Below the pieces are notes generated by a model. The model worked only from the letters and a program-made list of their open reading frames with translations, ran no database searches and was not told where the DNA came from. Below, in pieces: positions 15,935 through 24,040 of a DNA stretch of 42,150 bases (positions are counted from its first letter, which is position 1; the number at the start of each line of letters is the position of its first letter). Location of the stretch: positions 1-42,150 of the IMG/VR virus record IMGVR_UViG_3300031519_000059. One strand, given 5' to 3'. A program made the translations under genes and the position numbers. The DNA comes from a virus (taxonomy: Duplodnaviria; Caudoviricetes).

Positions 15935-18442
15935 ATGAAACTCGGCATGGTAGAGAAGGACAAACAGCCTTCTTTTGAAATCCTAAATCTCTTTGAGAAA
16001 GTCCGAGTGGCTTATCTCTCAGCGAGACAAGACCCTAAAGAATACGGTGGTCGTTGGCGTAAAGCAGTTGAATTGATTGAAGAAACCTTTGAAGATTTAG
16101 ATGCCGCAGGTAAAGAGATTAAAAATTATGTTAGCGTTAAGGAACTAAAAGACGAAGAGGTAAACAACCCTGAATCTTCTAGTGCTAAAACTCTTTACGA
16201 AAGTGTGAAGATGTTAAGATATGCTTCTGATTTAGTCGATGACCCATTCGCTAGAAGGTTCAAATATGAAGTTCTAGAAGAACTGCTATCCAGTCCTGAG
16301 TCTATGGTGAAGTTTGTTCACTATGCTCTAAGAAATGACGATAAAACTCTGCCCGATGAGGTCTACGAGATTAAAGACATGAAACCCGATGCAACTACGC
16401 AGGGTCTTACTGGGCTAGACCTAGAATCGGGAGATATTGCCCTCTATATTATTGAGCATTACGGAGACGGAAAAGACTCAAAGCGGGTAGAAAAGGAAGT
16501 TAATAAGGCTATGGGGATGTTAGAACTCTTAATGCTCTCTAGATACAAAGAAGAGGATTTAGACGAACTTAAGGATATTGAGAAGTCTGATGAAGAAAAG
16601 TCAGAAACAGAAAAATCATTAAGTGATTTCATTGTTCCTAATAAACCAATGTATAGAATATTTGATATTAAAGACATAGAAGAACTAAAAGGATTTAGTG
16701 GTGAATGGTATGTTCAAGAAAAGTATGATGGTATGAGAATACAATTACATAAAATAGATAACTCTATCAAAGTCTTTTCTTATAATAAGAAGAACATTAC
16801 AGATAAGTGTGAAGACATAGTAAAGGAATTAAAAGACAAACACTTTGGGAATTGTATTCTAGATGCTGAATTAATTCTATTTGATAATGATGAACCATTA
16901 CATAGAGCAGATACTATTGCTCATGTATTTAAAAACAAATACAAAGATGCAATCCTTAAGTGCCATGTATTCGATATTATGCGACATGATGAACAGAACC
17001 TATTAGATGAAGAACTACAAGACAGAATGACAATTCTGTTCAATAATTATTCTATACATTCATCTGATACTCTGAATTTCCCTTCAAAGAAAGATACTAG
17101 ACAAGCAGATAACCTAAAGGATATTGATGAATACGCTAAGAAGATTATGGAAATGCCTACATCAGAAGGAGTAGTGATTAAAGACGCTACTTCTACATAC
17201 TATGTAGGAACTAGAAAGAATCCTAAATGGATTAAATGGAAGAAGTTTGTAGACCTAGATGTTATTGTACTAGACAAGTCTAAGACAAAGAGTAATCTAT
17301 ATTCTTATACTCTAGGCATATCTACTAATGAAGAAGAAGGTAAATTCATTGAAGAACTTCAGGGTAAGAAATACATGAATGTAGGTAAGGCACTTAATAC
17401 TAAAACTAAAGTAGATATTGGGAGTATTGTTAGAGTACAGGTAGATGAAGTTAAGAAAACAGGTGAAAGATACACTTTGTTTTCTGCTAAGGTTATTGAA
17501 GTTCCCGAAGTAGAAGAACCCGATAAGGAAGTAACACTAGAGTTACTATCGCAAGGAACAAAGAAATCATTAAACTACTCTATAGAAGCACTAAAGAAAG
17601 GAGTGAGAGTAACCGACCATATTCACGGAGAGGCTACTGTTATTATCAAATCTAATATGGATGGCTTTACTATCTATGGTTTTGAAGAAGATAACCTAAT
17701 GTCTAAGAACGCACTTAAAGACATTGATATGTGGAAAGCACAAGCAGAAGAAATAATGAAAACTAAAAGAGGCAAACTTACTGTTGCTATATTTGATTTC
17801 TTAAAGAGAATGGGTGCTAAAACGGTTAAAGAAGTACATAACTATTTAGTGGAAAAGCAAGGTTCATTGTATGAAGATATCCTAGATAGCCAATATTCTG
17901 AACTACAGGAATGGGCTGAGAAAAGAGATGGTATAGAGTTTGAAAATAAAAAACTATTTGCGAATCCTTCTAAAATTATGGCTAGTGAGGAAATAAAGAA
18001 ATACAAAACTCCTGATGAGTATAGAAATGGAGAATTTAAAATATATATTAGAAAGGACAGTAACATCAACATAGTTATGAAACTCGGTGATGATTCAATA
18101 AATTGGCTAGTAGACTTACAAGACGAAGAAGAACTCTTTGATATGTTTGGTAAAGCGGGTAAATATCCTGCCGAAGTTGCTAAGACATTTGATAGAGAAA
18201 AGGTCATTGATTCGGGTTCAGTAGAACTGGGTGTTCAGAGACACGGCTATCATGAATACTTTTTGAAGGGAAATAAGTTTGAAACTAAACTTCATATTAG
18301 AGTTATACCTGTTAAAGGAAATAAAATGTGGCTTGCGTGGACTGGTTTTGAGCAGAAACCAGTAGAAAAAGATACTGATGACGGCATTTGGAATATCTAC
18401 GAAGATAAGAATAATGGCCTAAGAATCCCAAGAGAAGAATAG
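15935..18442 (+). CDS. lig: ATP-dependent DNA ligase with long N- and C-terminal extensions
   Basis: Motif I EKYDGMR, III ILDAEL, IIIa HVFDIM, IV EGVVIKD, V WIKWKK, followed by an OB-fold region (LDVIVL...VGKAL). Confidence 0.92.
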   Translation: MKLGMVEKDKQPSFEILNLFEKVRVAYLSARQDPKEYGGRWRKAVELIEETFEDLDAAGKEIKNYVSVKELKDEEVNNPESSSAKTLYESVKMLRYASDLVDDPFARRFKYEVLEELLSSPESMVKFVHYALRNDDKTLPDEVYEIKDMKPDATTQGLTGLDLESGDIALYIIEHYGDGKDSKRVEKEVNKAMGMLELLMLSRYKEEDLDELKDIEKSDEEKSETEKSLSDFIVPNKPMYRIFDIKDIEELKGFSGEWYVQEKYDGMRIQLHKIDNSIKVFSYNKKNITDKCEDIVKELKDKHFGNCILDAELILFDNDEPLHRADTIAHVFKNKYKDAILKCHVFDIMRHDEQNLLDEELQDRMTILFNNYSIHSSDTLNFPSKKDTRQADNLKDIDEYAKKIMEMPTSEGVVIKDATSTYYVGTRKNPKWIKWKKFVDLDVIVLDKSKTKSNLYSYTLGISTNEEEGKFIEELQGKKYMNVGKALNTKTKVDIGSIVRVQVDEVKKTGERYTLFSAKVIEVPEVEEPDKEVTLELLSQGTKKSLNYSIEALKKGVRVTDHIHGEATVIIKSNMDGFTIYGFEEDNLMSKNALKDIDMWKAQAEEIMKTKRGKLTVAIFDFLKRMGAKTVKEVHNYLVEKQGSLYEDILDSQYSELQEWAEKRDGIEFENKKLFANPSKIMASEEIKKYKTPDEYRNGEFKIYIRKDSNINIVMKLGDDSINWLVDLQDEEELFDMFGKAGKYPAEVAKTFDREKVIDSGSVELGVQRHGYHEYFLKGNKFETKLHIRVIPVKGNKMWLAWTGFEQKPVEKDTDDGIWNIYEDKNNGLRIPREE

Positions 18443-18447
18443 TGTTC

Positions 18448-18456
18448 TTTAAATAG
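18448..18456 (+). promoter_or_regulatory. Candidate archaeal TATA box upstream of the protease/capsid genes
   Basis: TTTAAATAG in one of the few intergenic gaps, about 20-28 nt upstream of ATG 18476. Confidence 0.4.
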
Positions 18457-18475
18457 TCTATTATCATAAGAAGGG

Positions 18476-19687
18476 ATGAGGCAAATGACACTTCTCATGA
18501 AGCGTGACACTAATGACTTTAAAATAATAAAGTCAAATGATGAGTTAATGATAGGTGGATATGCTTCAATAGAAATCGTAGACAAACAAAATGATTTAAT
18601 CACACTCAAAGCACTACAAGAAGCAGTAAACAAATACATGGAGAACCCGAAGTTTAGAAACGTAATGACAAATCATTCAAATGTTCAAGTCGGGGAAGTA
18701 GTAAAATCATATAGAGATAAAAATGGAAAGATATGGAAAACCGAAGTGGATGATGTAGGATTTTTTGTAGTAATAAAATTAAGAGACGATATAGAAAAGG
18801 CCAAAGAAATTAATAGAGGCGTTAGAAAAGGTTCATTGAGAAGTTTTAGTATTGGAGGACAAGCATTACAAAAAGTAAAGAAAAGTCATCCAGAATTAGG
18901 GCAATACAATGAAATAAGTAAATTAGAACTACATGAAGTAACAATTTGTGAAAAAGGAATAAACCCAGAAGCACGATTTGATATTTTAAAACAAGACAAA
19001 AAAACAAAAACAAAAAAGGAAGTTAAAGATATGACCAAACTAGAAAAAGCATTAGAAGAATTAGACGCATTGATGTCAGAAGTCAATACGTTGAGAAAAG
19101 AAGACGAAGAAGAACTGGAGCGTATGGCTATGCCCGAAGAAGAAAAGATGATGGAAGAAGAGAAGATGGAAGAAGAAGAAGCAATGTCTTACAAAGAACT
19201 AGAAGATACTGAAAAAGCAGTAGTTTCTACTCTTGATGGAGCAGGTGTTGAAATCGGAGAACCTGCTAACAGAATCATCATTGAAAACGGAAAGCCAAAA
19301 GCATCCGATATGCCAGTTGTAAAGGCTTTCGGGAACAACGAACTAGAAACTCTAGATTTGTCTGTTGGAAACATTGAGAAGGCTTACGAAGCATTCCGTC
19401 AAGAACAACTTGAAAAGTTGGCTTACGATAACTTGCAAAAGTCCTTTGCAAATAGATTCGCTTCTGAAAAGAACAACCGTGAGGATGTTCTCGCTAAGTC
19501 TCGATATGATGCGGCTTCTGAGATTGCTTCTCTTAAGAGCGAATTTACACAACTAAGAAAGTCTTTGACTGCTGAAAAGGAAACAATCCTAAAGGCTCAA
19601 GCAGAGGCTTCTATCACACTCCCTTCAATGGAAGATTTGGCCGAAATGGAATGGTCGGATATTCACAAGATGGCAGGAGGTCTTTAA
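18476..19687 (+). CDS. Prohead protease (HK97-type) fused to a C-terminal scaffolding domain
   Basis: IGGYAS..VDKQND, NH (catalytic His), RSFSIGG (catalytic Ser), LHEVTIC..GINPEA; acidic coiled-coil C-terminal half; directly upstream of the MCP. Confidence 0.9.
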   Translation: MRQMTLLMKRDTNDFKIIKSNDELMIGGYASIEIVDKQNDLITLKALQEAVNKYMENPKFRNVMTNHSNVQVGEVVKSYRDKNGKIWKTEVDDVGFFVVIKLRDDIEKAKEINRGVRKGSLRSFSIGGQALQKVKKSHPELGQYNEISKLELHEVTICEKGINPEARFDILKQDKKTKTKKEVKDMTKLEKALEELDALMSEVNTLRKEDEEELERMAMPEEEKMMEEEKMEEEEAMSYKELEDTEKAVVSTLDGAGVEIGEPANRIIIENGKPKASDMPVVKAFGNNELETLDLSVGNIEKAYEAFRQEQLEKLAYDNLQKSFANRFASEKNNREDVLAKSRYDAASEIASLKSEFTQLRKSLTAEKETILKAQAEASITLPSMEDLAEMEWSDIHKMAGGL

Positions 19688-19688
19688 G

Positions 19689-21023
19689 ATGACAGGATAT
19701 ATAAACACAATTGCAGATTTGGAAGCACAAACATACGGACTATCAGTTGGCGGAGCAAATAATATGCTTCTAAAGACTGCTGGAGCAGTTACTGGTATTC
19801 ATGGAGGACATGATGCAGCAACACAAACTTCTCCTTTAACAGGAATTGCAGGTAATCTGTACAATGTCCTTTACGGACAAAAAGTTTGGTCTATGCTAAA
19901 CCGTGAAGTAAATGCTCTTTCTACTCTATCAAAGAGACCATACACTTCTAGTGGATGGAGAGTTCTATCAAAGAGACCTGCTGGTGGAAGCGGTAATTCC
20001 CATGCATTTACTCGTACTGGAACAGATTTGGTTGGTACAGATGCTCCTAGACTAGATATGATTGGTGGTGTTCCTGAGAACGCATCTCTTTCTACAAGCG
20101 CAGATGGTCTAATTGCTATTGCTCCTGAATACTCTACTCTCTTTATGAGTCCTAAAACCGTTGCTCACCAATTCGATTTCAGTGAACTTGCAATGGAAAT
20201 GGCTCAAATTGATGATGGTATTGGCGATATTAGAGCGCAAATGCGTGAAGATATGGGTAAGCACCATGCAGAATCACAGAATCTAATGCTAGTTACTCCT
20301 TTGGAAGCATATCTAGACACAGATAAGTCAAATGCTTCTTCTGGGATAGCAAGAAACTACACCTCTCTATACAAGGTTATTTCTTCAAATGCAGAACTAG
20401 ACCAAATGGACACAGATAACTTCCCTGTTGGTTCAATTACTGGTGATATTACAGATGCTTACCATATTTACGGCTCAAACCGTGATAGTGCTTCTTTCCT
20501 AGATTGCACACTTGATTTCGGTGATGGATATGCAAGTGGAGATTCTCGACCATTTACACTAACAATCCTTAACGGGCTATTGCGACAACTCCGTGAAAAC
20601 GGTGGTTCACCAAAGGTTATTCTAACAGGATATGATACACTTCAAACTCTATCTGACCTCTTGCAAAGTCAAGAGCGATTTATGGACAGAAAGGAAGTAG
20701 TACCAACTGTAAACGGAGTTCGTGGAGTAAAGGGTGCAGAAGTTGGATTTAGAGTAGCAACATACTACGATATTCCAATTATCCCTGCTATCTCAATGCA
20801 AAGCACTTCTGCTGATTCAGGAACTATCAGTGATATGCTATTCCTTGATACAGACCATCTATGGCTTGCAGTTATGAAACCTACACAATACTTTGAAGAC
20901 GGTATCGCTAATGGAAACCCATTCGGTGTTGGGCTACTAGGAAACAGAGCATTGTATCGTACAATTGCAGAAGTTGGTTGTTCATACTTTAAGGGTCAAG
21001 GTAAGATTACCAACCTTAAGTGA
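19689..21023 (+). CDS. Major capsid protein (HK97 fold)
   Basis: 444 aa after the protease; LSKRPYTSSGWRV, SPKTVAHQFDFSE, ATYYDIPII, GKITNLK end, resembling archaeal tailed-virus MCPs. Confidence 0.88.
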   Translation: MTGYINTIADLEAQTYGLSVGGANNMLLKTAGAVTGIHGGHDAATQTSPLTGIAGNLYNVLYGQKVWSMLNREVNALSTLSKRPYTSSGWRVLSKRPAGGSGNSHAFTRTGTDLVGTDAPRLDMIGGVPENASLSTSADGLIAIAPEYSTLFMSPKTVAHQFDFSELAMEMAQIDDGIGDIRAQMREDMGKHHAESQNLMLVTPLEAYLDTDKSNASSGIARNYTSLYKVISSNAELDQMDTDNFPVGSITGDITDAYHIYGSNRDSASFLDCTLDFGDGYASGDSRPFTLTILNGLLRQLRENGGSPKVILTGYDTLQTLSDLLQSQERFMDRKEVVPTVNGVRGVKGAEVGFRVATYYDIPIIPAISMQSTSADSGTISDMLFLDTDHLWLAVMKPTQYFEDGIANGNPFGVGLLGNRALYRTIAEVGCSYFKGQGKITNLK

Positions 21024-21033
21024 GGTGTTTTAA

Positions 21034-21396
21034 TTGGCATTAATTAAAGCAGTTACAATTTTAGCAGACCATAAGGGCTTTACTGCCCCTAGAGTCTCAG
21101 GAGACGAATACTTTGTCGATGCTATTTGCGATATTAGTCAAGTAGTTGCGGCAGGTTCAGTTATACCCGCTTCCGATTTCGGATTAAAGACTATTACTGC
21201 GGTTATGATTACAGGAGACGATAATCCTAACAACAGCACTAACGATATTGGTATTAAAGTAGAATGTTCTGCTACAGGTGCATATGAATCAGCAACATCT
21301 GTTGCCTTTATGCATACAACAGTTGCAAGTGGAACAACACTATCTAATGATGCTAACGGCGGTACAGTTAGAGTTAGAGTTTATGGGAATATTTGA
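21034..21396 (+). CDS. Small beta-rich virion protein (possible capsid decoration protein)
   Basis: Follows the MCP; GAGGTG RBS; Gly/Ala/Thr-rich; ends VRVRVYG. Confidence 0.55.
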   Translation: MALIKAVTILADHKGFTAPRVSGDEYFVDAICDISQVVAAGSVIPASDFGLKTITAVMITGDDNPNNSTNDIGIKVECSATGAYESATSVAFMHTTVASGTTLSNDANGGTVRVRVYGNI

Positions 21397-21405
21397 GGTG
21401 TTTAA

Positions 21406-21729
21406 TTGCCTCAAGTTACCTTAAGCGAAGATGCTAACATTACTCGATTAGAGACACCACATGGGACTATTCGTAGAAGAAGTCCTATTAGTGTTCCTTC
21501 TGATTGGGCTTTGTTTAGAATAAAAGACTCAAATCTGATGTTCACCTTTGTAGAAGAAGATAGAACAGATGTATTAGCAACCGATGAAAAGACTTTGGAG
21601 ATTCTAAGTAGAGTTCTAGGGGAAGAATTAAACAAGTCTTCTGACCTATGTTCTCTACTACTTCCTAAAAAAGTTAAATCAAAGTCGGCTAAAACTACTA
21701 AGAAATCGCTATTAGCGAAGTCTGAGTAG
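21406..21729 (+). CDS. Hypothetical protein with a basic C-terminal tail
   Basis: GAGGTG RBS; TTG start. Confidence 0.65.
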   Translation: MPQVTLSEDANITRLETPHGTIRRRSPISVPSDWALFRIKDSNLMFTFVEEDRTDVLATDEKTLEILSRVLGEELNKSSDLCSLLLPKKVKSKSAKTTKKSLLAKSE

Positions 21730-21778
21730 GAAACATTAAGAGGGTCATCCCTCAATCATGGAACACGGAGAGTCTCCT

Positions 21779-22087
21779 ATGAGTGCGTGTAGAACCAGTT
21801 TTGTCCAAACATCTAGTACGATGGTTACTGTCGGTCAATGCCGATTAGTTTCCATTCATGCAGCCCTAACAGGAAGTAACCCAACCACTATCAAGGTCTA
21901 TGATGTGGCTGCATCAGGAGATGCAGCAGCGGCTAATGAATTGGCTAGAGTGATAGTGCAAGCGGCTCCTAATGGCCCTACTATTGTTGAGTTTGATATG
22001 CATGGTGTAATAGCAGTTAATGGTCTTTATCTAGAAATAGCAACTGGTTCAGGAATTGGTGCGGCTGTTTCAGTGGAATTTAGTTGA
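21779..22087 (+). CDS. Small beta-sandwich virion protein (possible spike or decoration protein)
   Basis: ATG 21779 after GGAGAG (ORF track starts at 21758); TTIKVYD...NGLYLEI pattern common in small phage structural proteins. Confidence 0.55.
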   Translation: MSACRTSFVQTSSTMVTVGQCRLVSIHAALTGSNPTTIKVYDVAASGDAAAANELARVIVQAAPNGPTIVEFDMHGVIAVNGLYLEIATGSGIGAAVSVEFS

Positions 22088-22096
22088 GGGAACACA

Positions 22097-22489
22097 ATGG
22101 CGGCATTGAATACAGATACACGACTAGTAATGACTATTCTATTCGTTGGCGTACTAAGCGGTGCTAACGTATTCTTCTATGCTCAATACGGGGCTACGTT
22201 CCCATATACTCCTTTAGCCCATGCTGCCCTATTCGGTTTAATGACCATTGGAAGCGTTATGGTAATGAAAGCATTATTTGATTTGGCTCTTAATGATAAA
22301 ATCGAGATGTGGCTACTTGATAGAAAGATTGCGTCATACTGGGAAAGAAAGTCCAGAGATGAGCAACAAAGACAAAAGATGCGTGAAAGTGCAAGACAAT
22401 TTGGTGTTTCTACTCCTTTTTATCAACCACAAATGCAACAAGAAGATGATAATTCAGTAGGAAGTGAATTTTTAGCCACCCTACAATGA
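22097..22489 (+). CDS. Membrane protein with two predicted TM helices and a cytoplasmic coiled coil
   Basis: Hydrophobic LVMTILFVGVLSGANVFFYA and ALFGLMTIGSVMVMKALF, then a charged Q/R-rich helix. Confidence 0.75.
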   Translation: MAALNTDTRLVMTILFVGVLSGANVFFYAQYGATFPYTPLAHAALFGLMTIGSVMVMKALFDLALNDKIEMWLLDRKIASYWERKSRDEQQRQKMRESARQFGVSTPFYQPQMQQEDDNSVGSEFLATLQ

Positions 22490-22498
22490 GGTGGTTAA

Positions 22499-22711
22499 AT
22501 GGTCGTAGGCGACATACTCGGTTTCTCCGATTCTGATTATGCTTATAATCAATCAAGAGCGCATTCCGCAGATATGTTCTTTCAGAGAATGAGAATGTGG
22601 TTTTGGGGAAGTTGCTTCACATTGTCAGCATTCTTAATAGGTAATATTATGGGCGTTTTTGACATCAATATTATGGGCTATATTGTAGATAAGTTATGGA
22701 ATAGTTGGTGA
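22499..22711 (+). CDS. Small membrane protein
   Basis: GAGGTGG RBS; hydrophobic WFWGSCFTLSAFLIGNIMGVF; C-terminal amphipathic segment. Confidence 0.7.
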   Translation: MVVGDILGFSDSDYAYNQSRAHSADMFFQRMRMWFWGSCFTLSAFLIGNIMGVFDINIMGYIVDKLWNSW

Positions 22712-22715
22712 TTAA

Positions 22716-23378
22716 ATGTCATTGATGACAGGTTTTGCAATTCTCGTTGGTGAAGCAGTCATTGGCTTTTGGAAGAAAGTTCACGCTATTAACTTTGGAG
22801 TATATGGTGCTACAATGGTTGGTAAAACTACTTTAGGCCACCAATTAAGAACTAGAGGAGAAGTACCACAAATAAATCAAAGAACTGTTGGTTTGCACAG
22901 AGCCAGTAGAAAAAACATTAAAATTGATGGAAATGTACATACTATTAAGAGTGCAGATATTGGTGGAGAAGCGATTTACTGGAAAGAATGGGAAAAGGAT
23001 ATGAAAAGTAGGAAACCTAAATACATTATTTTTATGATAGACCATCGACATTTAGATAGTACGGCGAATCTAGACCATCAACTAGCATGGAAATACTTAG
23101 TAGATTCCATAATTTCAAGTACATGGTCAAATGGAAAAAAGAAAAGAGATTCAGATTACCCAATAGCAATAGGAATATGGGCTAATAAATATGATATATG
23201 GGGAGAGAAATATAAATCAGAAAAGGATATAGAAAAGCATGAGATATTTGAGCCTTTTAGTTATGGTATGAGAAAGTTAAATGATAAAGGAATACCATGT
23301 TTTAAATATATAGTTTCAGCAAAATCAGAACCAGAGATGGTTTACAGAGGAATTACTACGATGATAAAGGATTATTGA
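22716..23378 (+). CDS. Small Ras-superfamily GTPase (Arf/Sar1-like)
   Basis: G1 GATMVGKT, G2 RTVG, G3 DIGGE, IIFMID strand, G4 NKYD, G5 SAK; hydrophobic/amphipathic N-terminal helix. Confidence 0.88.
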   Translation: MSLMTGFAILVGEAVIGFWKKVHAINFGVYGATMVGKTTLGHQLRTRGEVPQINQRTVGLHRASRKNIKIDGNVHTIKSADIGGEAIYWKEWEKDMKSRKPKYIIFMIDHRHLDSTANLDHQLAWKYLVDSIISSTWSNGKKKRDSDYPIAIGIWANKYDIWGEKYKSEKDIEKHEIFEPFSYGMRKLNDKGIPCFKYIVSAKSEPEMVYRGITTMIKDY

Positions 23379-24040
23379 TGATTATGTACCAACAACAAAT
23401 AATAGGACAAGAAATGAATGGATTTAACCCAATGTTAAATCCCATTGACCAAGCAAGAACAGCAGGACAAGTTACTGAATATAAGTTTATTTCAGTTAAG
23501 CCGAAAGCACAGAAGAAAGAACTAATTAAAGTTCTATTACCCGAGTATAAGAGTTTTTTATTCTTTTCGGTAGGTAAAAAATTCAATCTAAAAGATAGAT
23601 GTGTAGTGTGCGGGATGCATCATATTTGGGAAGCAGGAGATTACTTACGTCCTCCTATTCCCTTAGAGAAAGTAACGAAAAGCAGACCACTAAAAGGTAC
23701 ATATTGCCCTAAACACTCTGCTATGTTTATGCAGTTTGAGATGCTAGAACAACAGATATTGGCAGACAAACATGGTTTAGATTTCAAAGCCTTTAGACCA
23801 AAGATGCCAAAGATGCTTACATCAGCCCCAGTCAAAAATCTTTCTAAGCAAGATATCGTTGCTCTAACTGCGGCAGGTTATTTTATTAAGCCACCCACGC
23901 TAGGAGATAATAGGTCAGCCACTAATGAAGCAATAGAAATTGTCGGAGAAATAAACATATTAACCGATAGACTAAATTATCTTATGATTCATCAAGGGGC
24001 TAGAGCAGAAGAACCAGTAACAGAAGTGGTGGAAGAATAA
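23375..24040 (+). CDS. Zn-finger-containing hypothetical protein
   Basis: CVVC and YCPKH ligand pairs; overlaps the GTPase stop. Confidence 0.7.
   Translation: MMIMYQQQIIGQEMNGFNPMLNPIDQARTAGQVTEYKFISVKPKAQKKELIKVLLPEYKSFLFFSVGKKFNLKDRCVVCGMHHIWEAGDYLRPPIPLEKVTKSRPLKGTYCPKHSAMFMQFEMLEQQILADKHGLDFKAFRPKMPKMLTSAPVKNLSKQDIVALTAAGYFIKPPTLGDNRSATNEAIEIVGEINILTDRLNYLMIHQGARAEEPVTEVVEE

Noticed and set aside
19090-19200. GAA/ATG-rich quasi-repeat (EEEKMMEEEKMEEEE)
   Set aside because: Low-complexity acidic linker typical of scaffold proteins, not a DNA repeat element
21740-21777. Two tiny inverted repeats (GAGGG-TCAT-CCCTC and GGAGA-G-TCTCC) upstream of ORF 21779
   Set aside because: Stems are only 5 bp and the second has an impossible 1-nt loop; too weak to call a terminator or operator
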